From Rozella allomycis CSF55 (taxonomy: Eukaryota): a stretch of 63,870 nucleotides of DNA. The stretch's first letter is position 1, and each line of letters starts with the position of its first letter. The stretch lies in assembly GCA_000442015.1 (NCBI GenBank), contig KE561216.1, positions 1 through 63,870 of the forward strand. The letters are read 5' to 3'. Made by a program: the position numbers and the translations under genes. Shown in pieces: positions 48,901-60,441 of this stretch. The notes under the pieces were generated by a model that was not told the origin of the DNA, made no database searches, and saw only the letters and a program-made list of their open reading frames with translations.

Positions 48901-50431
48901 TCATTCACATTCTTTTCTCTATTCAATATAGTCTTCACTCCCAAACTCAACACTGTCATCGGTGGAGGTAAAAAGTTTCCTTGCATCACCTTCACTTGTT
49001 TAGGATCATCAATCACAAACTCTTCTTTACACCATGTCACCTTTTAATCAACTTCAAATTAATTACATTCTTTTCACTCTTCTTGGCATTCTCAACTGTA
49101 ATCCAACATGGTCCCATCATCTTTCGCTTCAACAGAAAATGCTCCATCGCCGTTGTATTCCCTCCAAAGATTCTTTCAAACGTCTTTCCCTGCAAATCAT
49201 TAGGCAACGCTGCATTACTAAATGGATAAACAACCTTTCAAACTTAACTCTCTTTAATTACCTTTAAATATTCAGCTTCTTTTGGCACATTTTCTACTTC
49301 AAATGCATACTTTCTCTTCACAGTTTTACATTTAAACTTGTTAATTTTATATCTAGGCGCAATCTTTTGAAACTCGTTATAAACCATCCCCATGTTCACT
49401 TTAATCTCCTCCCCTTCTTCAACTACACTCTTCTTGGGCAGCAAATACACATTCCTCTTAATCTCATTCACAGTCAAACACACACTCACATACTCTTGCT
49501 TCTCATTCAACATCTTTCCAAACAAATAAAGAGTTCCATTGCCCTTGTCATACAAATCTATCCAATACATCTTCAAACACTTTTCTGTTGAATTAACCCC
49601 CTCTTCTATCTCCACCTTTTCTTCTTCTCCATTCAACACATATTCATCCAAATCCATCTCCATCTTCAATTCATCTTCTTCCTTTACTTCTTTAACGTAA
49701 TTATTATCTTGACCATCTTGAACATATTTACTATTTTGGACCTCACTCTTCCCTTCTATTTCCTCCTTCACCTTAACTTTAACTTCATCAACCTGCATCG
49801 CATCAAAATCATCATCAAAAGCTCCACTCTCAAACAACTCTTGCAACTCCTTCTCCTCCTCATTCTCCTTGTCCTCCTCTTTAATCTTCTTCACTCCAAC
49901 CTCCTCCAAACTAAACAACTCACTCCCACCAACACTCACCCTCTTCCTCCCCAAACTCTTCCTCTCAACCTTCTTCTTCCTCTTCTCCCTCCTCTTCCCA
50001 CCCTCACCCACATTCTCCTCGCTCCACAGCGAATTCAACACATTTACATCATCCTCCCTACATTGCTCCTCCTACCTCAATCCCTTCCAATCCTCTTACA
50101 CTCTTCTTGATCCGCTGCACATTCGTAAACATCTCGCTAATCTTCTTGCCCTTCTTCTCCCCCCTCGCCTTTTTCTCCTCCCGCTTGCGCTCCTCGCCAA
50201 GCTCCCATCCATCAACCACATCGTCAGCATACCCTTGGCCGTCATCGTCCACAACGAAATCATCAACAAGCCGCTGCCGCTGGATCACTCGGTACTCGTC
50301 CTCATCAACCTCATCGTATATCCGCTTCTCTTCAGCCTATAAAGCTCAAAGAGAATATTTACCTGGTATTCCTTGAGGCGACTCGATTTGTCCTTTTTTA
50401 AAAGTGCTTTCAGCGTCTCGCGTCGGGACAT
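45970..50431 (-). CDS. POL1: DNA polymerase alpha catalytic subunit
   Basis: [51 protein letters not shown]-terminal zinc fingers. Confidence 0.97.
46934..47079 (-). repeat. POL1 intron made of five abutting GT..AG units (29, 29, 30, 30, 28 nt)
   Basis: 146 nt between ITK-G and G-LTKQPEEY; every internal junction is AG|GTA. Confidence 0.9.
47767..47857 (-). repeat. POL1 intron made of three abutting GT..AG units (31, 32, 28 nt)
   Basis: 91 nt between DQ-G and G-ILPKL; internal junctions ATAG|GTAA. Confidence 0.9.
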
Positions 50432-51001
50432 GACAAGGGTGCAATTCAAGCAAAGTGACTTTTAAAATTTAAATGTTTTAATGACAAGATTGAGGTTTAT
50501 TTGGTTGAACAAATTGAAATGTGTTTCAAGAGAAACCGTTTCCCACAAGAGCTCTTGTGAATATTTGGTGAAATTCGTATGCGGTTTGCGAATTTCCAAG
50601 TATCCATTCCCAGGGTTGATCGCGATTCCTATGACGCGCACGGAGGATTGCGTGGCCGAAAACGATTACTTGATTTAATCATTGAACGAGTGGCCCTACT
50701 TTGGTTGCTCAATTTATGGAGACCTCATCGGTCACTTTCAATTTCAATTTCATTCTTCAATTTCATGTGTTGCATAAGGGAAAAATGTATATGATTATTT
50801 AATACTTGGAGTTTCGGTAGAATACATCTAGTCTATATGCTATAATTCGGTGATCATCGTTTTGTTTTTTGTTCTTAGCTTTTGAATATTAAGCCGAATT
50901 AGCCAATCTTAATAAGAAGTAAAAAATATAATCAATGCGTACAACGACAAGTTAAATTACTTTTCAGCACACTATTAAAAAACCTTGTTGCTACGCAATG
51001 C

Positions 51002-53054
51002 ATGTTGCAAACTTCACCCACCCCGGGCCTCCTCTCCGTCTCCTCAAGCACCAACGACGTCCAGCACACACTCTCCCAGCCCAAACTTCTCAGCCGCCGT
51101 TCCAGCTTCCAATTCCTACCCACTCCCTCGCACCCTCCAGTTTCGCAATCCACGCGGCACATCGCCCTCGACGATTTCAACGACGAAGACGACTGGGCGC
51201 GGCTACAGTATCTCGAATTCACCACTAAAAGTCTCGTCAATGCGCCCATCCAGGAAATCGACGAGGAAGTTTCCGCGAAATCAGATACCGTTGAAGACGC
51301 TGTTATTGAAACGGAGGGGTTGAAGGGGCTGTAGAATTTACAGTTTGATCCTTCTTTTGCGTCTCTGCAGAGTATCAAGGATCAGCTCAAAAGCTCCAAA
51401 GGTAAGAGGTTGTGGTGAATTGCAAAGAATTGGAAAAGGAAGAGCTGGACAGGATTTTTAGGCATGTGGCGGATATCACTGAACGCATTTTTGATTACAA
51501 TGAAGCGGATGATGATTTGCCGGATGATTTTATTGATAGGATGATATATGAAAATGTAGATGGTATGGCGCAAAAGAGCAATATGAAACTGTCGAGATCT
51601 GCGTCATCGAAAATNCTTCATCGAAAATTGGCAGACGGAAATCATCTGTTCACTCTAGACATTCTTTTGCGTTGGAAAACGGGCCGGTGTTTTTAACCGA
51701 AACTAGTTTGGGAGAAATGAAAAGAGATAGATCTGAGCTAGCAAGTGCTAATAAAACAAGCGACTTGACTGTTGAAGTAAATAGTAGTAAATATGGCAAA
51801 AGGGAATCTCGTATCCCGGGTTCAGTGATATTTCCCCTCCACTACCCCAAAATCAAGATTGCCAGCAACAATTGAATAAAGTGATCGTCGAGAACTTGCA
51901 TGCCATCGATGTAATAACATGTTTGTCGTAAAATAGAAACATACAGTCAATTTTCTCCAGACATGTGCAACGACAACTGCCGGAAAAGTCTTTGTAAACG
52001 ACATGTTTTGGTATGTTTTCCTACAGATATTCAAAGTAATCCAGTCGATGAAGTAATATAGAAAACAGACTTTGAAAAACATCAAGGAGATTTATACGAC
52101 CGACTTGCCGAATATTTTGTTAAAACAAACTTTTGCGAAGGGAATCTAAAATACAGTGGTGAAAACGATCTATATTTGGTATCTGATTTATTTAGCTTTC
52201 AATGATAGGGCCTCTCTGATATTTTCGCACAAACATTGTTTATAATTCTTTGTGAAGGATTTCCCCTCTCAGCTCATGTATTCACACTCTCTATGCAACA
52301 AAAAGTATATGAAGACGTGTGCAACCTTATCATTGGTAATTGTTAAATTTCAGAGCGACAAGGTTACCAGCCTGCGTTTTTGGCATGGGAGTGTTGGCCA
52401 CTGGATAACTTGCTACCAGCAATAATCAAGGCCAACAGGCAACAGCAAAAAGATAGTATTGAAAACTCAAGTTTATACAGTCGCTCAATGAAATATGGGC
52501 GCAGATCTGGCGGGAAAACGTCAAGTGGAAGGCCTAAAAGTTCCAAGAATATTGGAGAATCAATTTTTGACATGGATGACAAAGTAACAAAATCGTTGAA
52601 CACTTTGAATACCTCAAATTTGGAATCCAGTTTTCTTGAAAAAACTTGCATTACCAAAAAGATTCCATTTCATTCAGCCCAAAAGAGCCCCTTGGTGTTG
52701 CATTATTTGAATAAAAGAAAAGCAGATATTGAAAACGTCCGCACTCATATAACTAAAGTGTCATACGTGCCTACTGAGGAATTACGAAAAAGAGATACTA
52801 TTGCAAAAACTGTCAATGATTCCAGAAATCGGAGTAAAAAGGAAAGTCAGGAATATAACAAAAACTTGACTGCAATAAATAAAGATAAGCAGACCTTGTT
52901 GAATTTGAAAAAGAAGGAAATGAAAAAGATAGACAATGAATGCCAGAAAATATTGTCAAAAGCAGCAGAAACAAAATCAATGAGTGATAAAATTGTTGAA
53001 ACATGGATTGGTAAAGTTAACAAACCTATATCCAAAACAAAAGACGGCAAATAA
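51002..53054 (+). CDS. FAM227-like (FWWh-domain) protein
   Basis: Multi-exon; DMFWYVFLQIF...LYDRLAEYFV...DIFAQTLF..LCEGFP.S..VF pattern; basic coiled-coil C-terminus. Confidence 0.5.
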
Positions 53055-53251
53055 ATTTCTTTTTCAAATTTTCATATATTGAGTTCAGGAAAGCGCTTGC
53101 TGCTGTATATTCCTTCAAAAACACGGAGCACAGACGAAGTTTTTAAGTCGTACCATTAACATCTACGATTTTGATAGAAATTGTAGTTCTAACTAGCGGA
53201 AGTTCGAAAATTCAAAATTCATGATCTGGGTTTACTAAGCCACAGAAAAAA

Positions 53252-56233
53252 ATGAAGAACCTAGGGGTCAAGATCCTGATTGCTATCTTCTTGTCTTTCA
53301 GTTCTCAAAATGCTATTTTAATGCTAAAAGAGAAAAGATTAACGAATAACTCTGTTGACCTACTTCCTTCAAAATCTTTTGAAGATCTAGCTATGAAGGG
53401 GCTCGCGCTGTGCTATCTCCAACGAGCTGATGAAGCATCTCTGATGTTGAACCGACTTATCACCGAAAGCAACAGAATATCGTTGCTTGAGATCAAAAAA
53501 GCTGCCGTGCCAGTTGAAACGTTCCTCTCAATGACTCAATCTGAAGTAACTGATAAGAATTGTATGATTCCTTTTGCCACTTTTATCCATGACAAAACAA
53601 GATCTTGTTCAATTGCAAAGTACATATTAACTTCCAACTTGAATGCATTTGCACCTCAAAGAGCGTTGAATATAGTGAATGCATGTATGAAGTCTTCCAA
53701 AGACACTCAGTGGTATTTTTTAAAAACAGAATTGCTTCAATTAACAAATGATGAAAGTCTTGTGAGAACGTTCTATAAAGATGTCTTCTTGCCCGGTATT
53801 AAAGCCATTGACAATAAGAAGATGCTTCTTAACTTTATTGTCGCGTCTTTTAAATTGGCTGCTTTTCATATTCACAAATTTAACATTTTTCAGACTGCTT
53901 CTAAAGAACTACAAGAACTTTGGATAACTGAGGGATTTGAACACTACGCTGGGGAATATGTTAATGGACTTTATAATTTGTTAATAGGGAATGCCGATAT
54001 TGCACGAAGCTATTTCTTTAAAATTAGAGAAACCAATCTTGTTACACGTTTCGGAAATCAAATTCTTGCATACGAAGCCTACGTAAAATCTTTAATCAGT
54101 GATCAATCTCTCCGATTCAATGATATTTTCTATAACCTTATTAATGGCCAATACAGCGAAAGTTTTTTGAACAAGGGGTTTGATTATTTAGCAAAGGCTA
54201 TTCCTTCAAAGTATAATTTCGAAGATGTAGTCGACGGTATGGTCAAAATTATTTCGGAAGCGATGCTTTACAAAACAGAGAATATTACAAAAGCGTTATT
54301 AGATGTGTTCGGTTCTTATTTAGAGTCTAATTTTTATGAAAATGTAAAGACGGAAGTTGAGAAAAGAGTTTGCCAAAATGGACCTCAACCCTTCTTTACT
54401 GAGAGTTGTTTTACTGAATTACCAAGCATTCATTCTATTGCTCAAGTTCCCCAGGTGTATTTCTTCTCGAAAGTATTTGGGCCTATATACTCTGTCCCAT
54501 TGTTTGAAAAGGAAATGAATGTGAAGGCTGTGCATGATTTCCACGCAATAAACAAAAAGACTGCCAAAATGTTAGACAATGCTATAGTTCATTTACTATT
54601 AAAATCAAGAAACTTGGCTAAAATCTTTGACACGCAATACTTCAGTACAAAAGAACTTAATGAAAAATGGGCTCAACAACTGAAGCATCTTTCTTTTGTG
54701 ACCGATCCAATATTTGCCACTGAAAGCCGTTATTTCTATGAAAGAGTTCTTACTGATGCAGGCCGTAATCTTTTATGTAACGATATTCGAAGTTTAAATC
54801 AATTTTCATCTATATATATGTCTGCGTTGTATTTCTGTGACAAAAAGAGTTTTATCACATATTACGAAGAAAATATAAAAACTTCTAAAGGAGAAATCAA
54901 AGATTTGCTGCGTTATCTATACTTTTTGACAATGAAGTTTCAAAACAAAATCGTTACATTTCCTGAGCTTGGAATATTTTCTTTCGCGTTTACAAAATAT
55001 AGAAATATTGATGAATACGCTGATTCAGGAAAATCTGGTTTGATTTATTCTTATTTGGCATGCATTGAAGCGACTACAGCGGCAACCATATACAGTGATA
55101 AGGAAACATTGGAAAAATGGTTGAAAGTCTTTATCCAGCACGGAAATGAGTATATAACTTTAAACATCATGCAAGTCGCTGATTATCTCATTCCAAAACT
55201 TTTGTCACGTACTAAAGCATTTCCGGAGATGAATAACTTGGTATTAGAATCAATTGTTTCTTTTTCTTTCTATTCACCATTTGAAGATGAGAAGAAATTC
55301 AAAAATGTTCATTTTAACTCGGGCTTTGATGTGGCAGGAACATTGTCGAAATTGAGGAATGACTTGTTAAGCCCAAGCTTTCTGGTGAGAAATATGCTGG
55401 AAAATGACAATGATATAAATTGGCCATTGATGTCAGAAGCCTTTAGATATTATCAATCTTTCTTGTTGATGGAAACTGACTTGTATTTAAAGAAATATGT
55501 TGAAAGCCACAAGAATGGATGGAAGGCTCAAAGATCCTGTATCATTAATATTTTTCAAGTCGGGAAATTGGAAAAAGCTGAGTTCAATATCTTGTATCCC
55601 GAACAATATAAGAAGGAAATATTTGAATTGATGATTTTAAATAAATATGACATGAACAGAATGGAGGAGTTCAATTTTTTGCGCCCATTAATTTTTGATA
55701 AAAGAAGAGAAATGATAACCGATCAAACGTCAAATACAAAGAATTTTTTCGGTGGATACGAAACAGTTCATGTAAGTGGTTTTGGCTACAGTCAACCTAA
55801 ACGAAAAATTTTAATAAGCAAAGTAAAAAGAACATCAATCAAAGCTGCCACGAAATCGATTGATCGTTTGAGACAGTCAATAGGCCTCAAAAATGAACCC
55901 GCTGAAGAATGTCGAATTGGAAACATATACGTATTAAAGAATCTCAAAGAAATTGATTATTTGAACCAAAATTTTATTGATTATATGTTCATGAATAAAG
56001 ATAGTTCTTACTGTAGAGGGCACTATGACAAGATACAATCAAGAAATGGTTTGTTCAAAATGAAATACAGAGATGATTTTATTCAGCCTATGAGAATCGT
56101 TTTTGGAAGAGTTGGTCTTGATATTTACATCATAAAAATGGATAGAAGACAAAACGACAAAGCTTATCGCAACTTGGCTAAACTGGATATAACGGAAGGA
56201 TTTGTCAATGTGTTTGATATTATAATTGAATAA
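53252..56233 (+). CDS. Large secreted helical protein with C-terminal RelE-like domain (paralogue A)
   Basis: Signal peptide; 993 aa intronless; C-terminus LFKMKY...MRIVF...IYIIKMDRRQNDKAY. Confidence 0.8.
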   Translation: MKNLGVKILIAIFLSFSSQNAILMLKEKRLTNNSVDLLPSKSFEDLAMKGLALCYLQRADEASLMLNRLITESNRISLLEIKKAAVPVETFLSMTQSEVTDKNCMIPFATFIHDKTRSCSIAKYILTSNLNAFAPQRALNIVNACMKSSKDTQWYFLKTELLQLTNDESLVRTFYKDVFLPGIKAIDNKKMLLNFIVASFKLAAFHIHKFNIFQTASKELQELWITEGFEHYAGEYVNGLYNLLIGNADIARSYFFKIRETNLVTRFGNQILAYEAYVKSLISDQSLRFNDIFYNLINGQYSESFLNKGFDYLAKAIPSKYNFEDVVDGMVKIISEAMLYKTENITKALLDVFGSYLESNFYENVKTEVEKRVCQNGPQPFFTESCFTELPSIHSIAQVPQVYFFSKVFGPIYSVPLFEKEMNVKAVHDFHAINKKTAKMLDNAIVHLLLKSRNLAKIFDTQYFSTKELNEKWAQQLKHLSFVTDPIFATESRYFYERVLTDAGRNLLCNDIRSLNQFSSIYMSALYFCDKKSFITYYEENIKTSKGEIKDLLRYLYFLTMKFQNKIVTFPELGIFSFAFTKYRNIDEYADSGKSGLIYSYLACIEATTAATIYSDKETLEKWLKVFIQHGNEYITLNIMQVADYLIPKLLSRTKAFPEMNNLVLESIVSFSFYSPFEDEKKFKNVHFNSGFDVAGTLSKLRNDLLSPSFLVRNMLENDNDINWPLMSEAFRYYQSFLLMETDLYLKKYVESHKNGWKAQRSCIINIFQVGKLEKAEFNILYPEQYKKEIFELMILNKYDMNRMEEFNFLRPLIFDKRREMITDQTSNTKNFFGGYETVHVSGFGYSQPKRKILISKVKRTSIKAATKSIDRLRQSIGLKNEPAEECRIGNIYVLKNLKEIDYLNQNFIDYMFMNKDSSYCRGHYDKIQSRNGLFKMKYRDDFIQPMRIVFGRVGLDIYIIKMDRRQNDKAYRNLAKLDITEGFVNVFDIIIE

Positions 56234-56659
56234 AGAAATAATTTAAAGTTATTAGAAATATTAATATTTTTTAATTTTATGCGTTTCGTTTGATTCCATG
56301 TTTCCTATCATCAAAGATCAGACACTAAAATATCTATAATCTTTATCAAGGTCAAATTTAGTAATTTCTAGTCTGGCTCTGCTGATATTCAAAAGTATAT
56401 TCAAAATATTTCATACTCATACATCGTATCCTGTTTGAACAATTTCTTGTGATACACGCGCAGCGCACTTGCCACTTGTTGCTCTTAAAGAGAATTATGA
56501 ATGTATTATATCATTATAGTGCTTTGATTACAAAATTTGGAAAAAAATCCCAGATATATTATGGAACAATGATAATTTGATTTTGAAATTTACATCACTG
56601 TAAACGCGGTTTGCAAGTCTTCTTCTCTTCATTTGCAGGATTATGGCTGAGATCTATTC

Positions 56660-59600
56660 ATGAAATTCAAATTCACTAAAATTCAGACATGTGCGCCCAA
56701 GCCACTGAAAAAAATGTTCCCTTTCACTTGGGTTGCTTGTTGGATACTCTTTGTCAGTGTTACTTTGCAAAACAATCTAAATGCTTTAAATGAAGCTATA
56801 CGTAAAAATACGATCAATATGAATATTGTGAAGTCTTTGCCCTCTCGTTCATTGGAGCAGAAGTTTACGAAAGGTTTGGGGTATTGTTACATCGGGGAGA
56901 ATGAAGAAGCAAGAAGTATTGTGTCAAACTTTAATGATAATGCGAAGAAATATTTGTCCGATAAGAAATTTCTTTCTCAGGTCGAACAGTTTCTTGTTAA
57001 AGCAGCTAATAAGCTTGAGATTCACGACTGCTTGGTTCCATATTTGAAATTTGTTATAAAGTCATCGTCATCTTGTGCTTTGATTAAGGCTGGTTTACAA
57101 ATCAAGTTTGATCTTTACAGTATGGCGGATACGTTAACTATGGTGAACTTTTGCCTTCAAAATCATAAATCTGATCCTAGGTGGTATTTGCTTAAATTCA
57201 AAATCTTTACGCAAACTACCGATGTCTCGAAACTTGGTGAATTGTACAAGGAGGTGCTCGGCCCGGCTGCTATTTATGTAAAGGACAAAAACGAGTTGCT
57301 TAATATATTTTTCCAGTGTTTGAAGCTTGCCTCTACATATTTACCTCGACATAACATATTTAATGATAGAATAACTGACCTTCAAACAATTTGGCATCAG
57401 CATGGATTTGAGAATACAGCAGATAACTTTATCAAAGGGATATATCATCTTGTCATTGGAAGTATCGACTCCTCTAGGAGTTTTTTTCATAAGGTGTATT
57501 TCACAAATGACATTAAGGGTCTAATGTATAGCGAGGCAGAGGCTTTGACTTCTTATGTAAAATCATTTGTTGCCGATAAAACATTGACATTCACCGATAT
57601 ATTTCAAAGTATAATTAAGGAATTTACGGACAAGGAGAAACTTAAGGCAAGTTTGGAAGCTATATCATTATACATCAAGGAAGAGACTTTGCAAATTCAG
57701 GATGTTGTCTATGGGCTTATCAACATGGCCAAAGAATCTCAAGCCGAGAGCGATGAAGAAAAATTAAGAGATTACTTAAGAATACTCGGTGAGTTCCTGG
57801 ATCCAGAAACTTTTGATACAATTAAAAAATCTGTTGATGAAAATTTATGCCTTGAAAACCGAGAATCGTTTTTTGCTCAATCTTGTTTTGAACAAATTTA
57901 TATTACAGGTGTCGAACCAGGTGTCTTTCATGAAACAACCTTTTTTGAGTTGGATATGGGTCAGGATATTCATAATGCAATGAACAACTATGCATACCAT
58001 CTTTTTAATGAATCGAGAAACCGTAATAATGGAGTGGTGACAAATGATGCCCTTGTTCGGCTCCTTGTTAACGCTATTTCATTTGATTTCTTTTTTACGA
58101 ATATCGGGATCAATGGTATGAAAGAAGATTGGTTTTTGCCAATGGTGATTATAGATAAAATAGGCAAGGATTTATCAACTGGAGGGCCAATATTGTTTGA
58201 AAGGACACTCACCGAAGGAGGGAGAAAAGTTTTATGTGAAAGTGTAGATGCAAGAACCTTTTTCGGACGTTATGGTGCACTGTATGCAACTTATGTATAT
58301 TTTTGTGATGATGACGCATTTTTCGAGTTTTTTTATAATGAAAGAAGGGTTCAAGCCTCTGACTACGACTACTTTCTCACGTACTTGTATTTTTTGAAAA
58401 GAACTCTTAATGGCCAAAAAATAGATTTTCCTGGCATGGAATTATTTTCTTTTTTCTTCACAAAATATAAATCATTGGAGCTTCCTGTTGACGAACAAGA
58501 CTTCGAAGATGACTATAAGAGTATTGCCCCTTTTTTAATGTGTATTGAAGTAACCACAGCTGCATATGCGTTTATTGATGATGACCAATTTGTCTTCAAA
58601 TGGCTTTTAACTTTCGTACAGCATGGAAACGAATTAATCACGCTGCAATTACTTGAAAAAGATGATCAGGCTTTCAGAAATTTACTGCTAAAAGTGGTTT
58701 CAGTTCCTGAATACACTATTTTCTTATTGGAGGCGCTAGGATCATCAGCATTTTTTGCCCCAGTGATGAATATTGAACGTTACAAGTCAGCTGGAATTCC
58801 ATTCGGACCACATATCGAAGCTAAGCAAAGAGAATTAAGAAAAATCATCATACCAAATGAAGTAGTGAAAAGAGTTTTAGATTCTGTAGAAGAAATAAAT
58901 TGGGATATTCTTGTTGATGTGTTTAGGCTTTATCCAGAAACATACATTGAAAATCAAGATGTCTTTTTGACGAAAATCATTAAAGAGATGAAAAAGGGGT
59001 TGAGATTACAGCGTGCTTGCATCATTTATGTATTTCAAGTAGGCAAAATATCTAGTGGTGCTGAATTCAATAAAACATTTCCACCAGAGAGAATCGAATA
59101 CATATTTAACAAGATGATTGACAATAAGTTCAATTTGGAAAACATGGCTGAGTTTAGCTTCTTGAACTCTTATGTCAACGATTATAGAGCCAAACTTATA
59201 CAACAAAAACTAGAGTATCAATCAACAAGAGTTTTATCATTTTCTAGAGTTTACTCAAATTTCGATTATGGACTTCAAGCAATATCTAAAGGTACTTCAA
59301 ATGTCTCCAAAGTCCTTAAAAAGACTTTACCGCGACCAAGAGCTAAATTGACAGCTGAATCTAGCACATCTAATAACAATGCACCCAAGATCGGCAACGT
59401 TTACGTTTTAAGTAATGCCCCGGGACTTGACAATCTTACTAAAGAATTGATTCACGAGTTATTTTTTGATCCAGCCGGCAAATATGCTCGTGGCATGTAT
59501 AAGAGACTCAATGCATGCAATCTTTGTAGTATAAAATTCAAAGATGAAGCTGTGCAACCTTACAGAATCTTATTTGGAACAGAGGGAAATGATGTCTACA

Positions 59601-59704
59601 TTGTTAAAGTTGGACGCAGAGTGAACAACAAGGCCTATAGACAGCTGGTGAATTTTAAAAAGGGAGATGAATTTATAAATGTAGCGTCCCTTTTCAACAA
59701 TTAA
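56660..59704 (+). CDS. Large secreted helical protein with C-terminal RelE-like domain (paralogue B)
   Basis: Signal-like MFPFTWVACWILFVSVTLQ; colinear with paralogue A; C-terminus LCSIKF...YRILF...VYIVKVGRRVNNKAY. Confidence 0.8.
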   Translation: MKFKFTKIQTCAPKPLKKMFPFTWVACWILFVSVTLQNNLNALNEAIRKNTINMNIVKSLPSRSLEQKFTKGLGYCYIGENEEARSIVSNFNDNAKKYLSDKKFLSQVEQFLVKAANKLEIHDCLVPYLKFVIKSSSSCALIKAGLQIKFDLYSMADTLTMVNFCLQNHKSDPRWYLLKFKIFTQTTDVSKLGELYKEVLGPAAIYVKDKNELLNIFFQCLKLASTYLPRHNIFNDRITDLQTIWHQHGFENTADNFIKGIYHLVIGSIDSSRSFFHKVYFTNDIKGLMYSEAEALTSYVKSFVADKTLTFTDIFQSIIKEFTDKEKLKASLEAISLYIKEETLQIQDVVYGLINMAKESQAESDEEKLRDYLRILGEFLDPETFDTIKKSVDENLCLENRESFFAQSCFEQIYITGVEPGVFHETTFFELDMGQDIHNAMNNYAYHLFNESRNRNNGVVTNDALVRLLVNAISFDFFFTNIGINGMKEDWFLPMVIIDKIGKDLSTGGPILFERTLTEGGRKVLCESVDARTFFGRYGALYATYVYFCDDDAFFEFFYNERRVQASDYDYFLTYLYFLKRTLNGQKIDFPGMELFSFFFTKYKSLELPVDEQDFEDDYKSIAPFLMCIEVTTAAYAFIDDDQFVFKWLLTFVQHGNELITLQLLEKDDQAFRNLLLKVVSVPEYTIFLLEALGSSAFFAPVMNIERYKSAGIPFGPHIEAKQRELRKIIIPNEVVKRVLDSVEEINWDILVDVFRLYPETYIENQDVFLTKIIKEMKKGLRLQRACIIYVFQVGKISSGAEFNKTFPPERIEYIFNKMIDNKFNLENMAEFSFLNSYVNDYRAKLIQQKLEYQSTRVLSFSRVYSNFDYGLQAISKGTSNVSKVLKKTLPRPRAKLTAESSTSNNNAPKIGNVYVLSNAPGLDNLTKELIHELFFDPAGKYARGMYKRLNACNLCSIKFKDEAVQPYRILFGTEGNDVYIVKVGRRVNNKAYRQLVNFKKGDEFINVASLFNN

Positions 59705-59863
59705 TAAACGTGATTAACTTAATAACTAATTTTTGGTTTAAAATTCTGTAGCATTTCTATCATTCACCCATGTGTCAAAAAAGTTAGTCTGCCTTAATTT
59801 ATCGGNCTAATAATATCATACTCAAGGATGATTTTAGGAATGCTTTTAATCTTGCCTCACACT

Positions 59864-60140
59864 ATGTTCGGACAGTTTCGTGATCTCTGCCCTCAAATTT
59901 TGCCATGGATAGAATATTGCTATAGAATGAACTCACATTTGCGCACTTCCGTCTTTGTATATGCTAGCGCTACAGGAGTACAGCAAGGCGATCCTCTCGG
60001 TCCTTAGCTGTTTTCCCTGGTTTTGAATTCACTCGTAGAAAGAATAAATGTCTAATGTCCTGACTTGTTAATTAACGCATGGTGACCATTATTGGTACTG
60101 CTCATATTTTTGAAGAAGTTTTCGACCTTATTGCTGAGGA
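59864..60140 (+). mobile_element. Decayed non-LTR retrotransposon reverse transcriptase (CRE-like)
   Basis: RDLCPQILPWIEYCY...SATGVQQGDPLGP*LFSLVL...CPDLLINAW* with stops and the YLDD motif lost. Confidence 0.8.
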
Positions 60141-60441
60141 AGGCCCAGATTTTCTCCTGCATGGGATCATTTTCCGAAAGTTTTTTTAGTATGGAGGACT
60201 GGAAATTACAGATCTATTAATTTTCCCAGGTAGTCAGACGACGATGGCATTTGTGATCTACTGACAGCATTTCAAATGCGCTGGGTTGTGTAGAATAATG
60301 GATTTTGTAAATTTGACCTGGATTTGAAGATTACTGGCTGCTGTGATGGTGCTAACAGTCGGGAGATACTATTTTTAACTTGTGGCGTAGTGAAACATGG
60401 GGCAATATAGAAAAAGTTTTGTTATTCTCAACCCTGGTCGC

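Noticed and set aside
49367..50376. Several plus-strand ORFs antisense to POL1, and similar shadow ORFs throughout the window
   Set aside because: Low-complexity mirror frames of purine-rich coding sequence with no independent protein signal.
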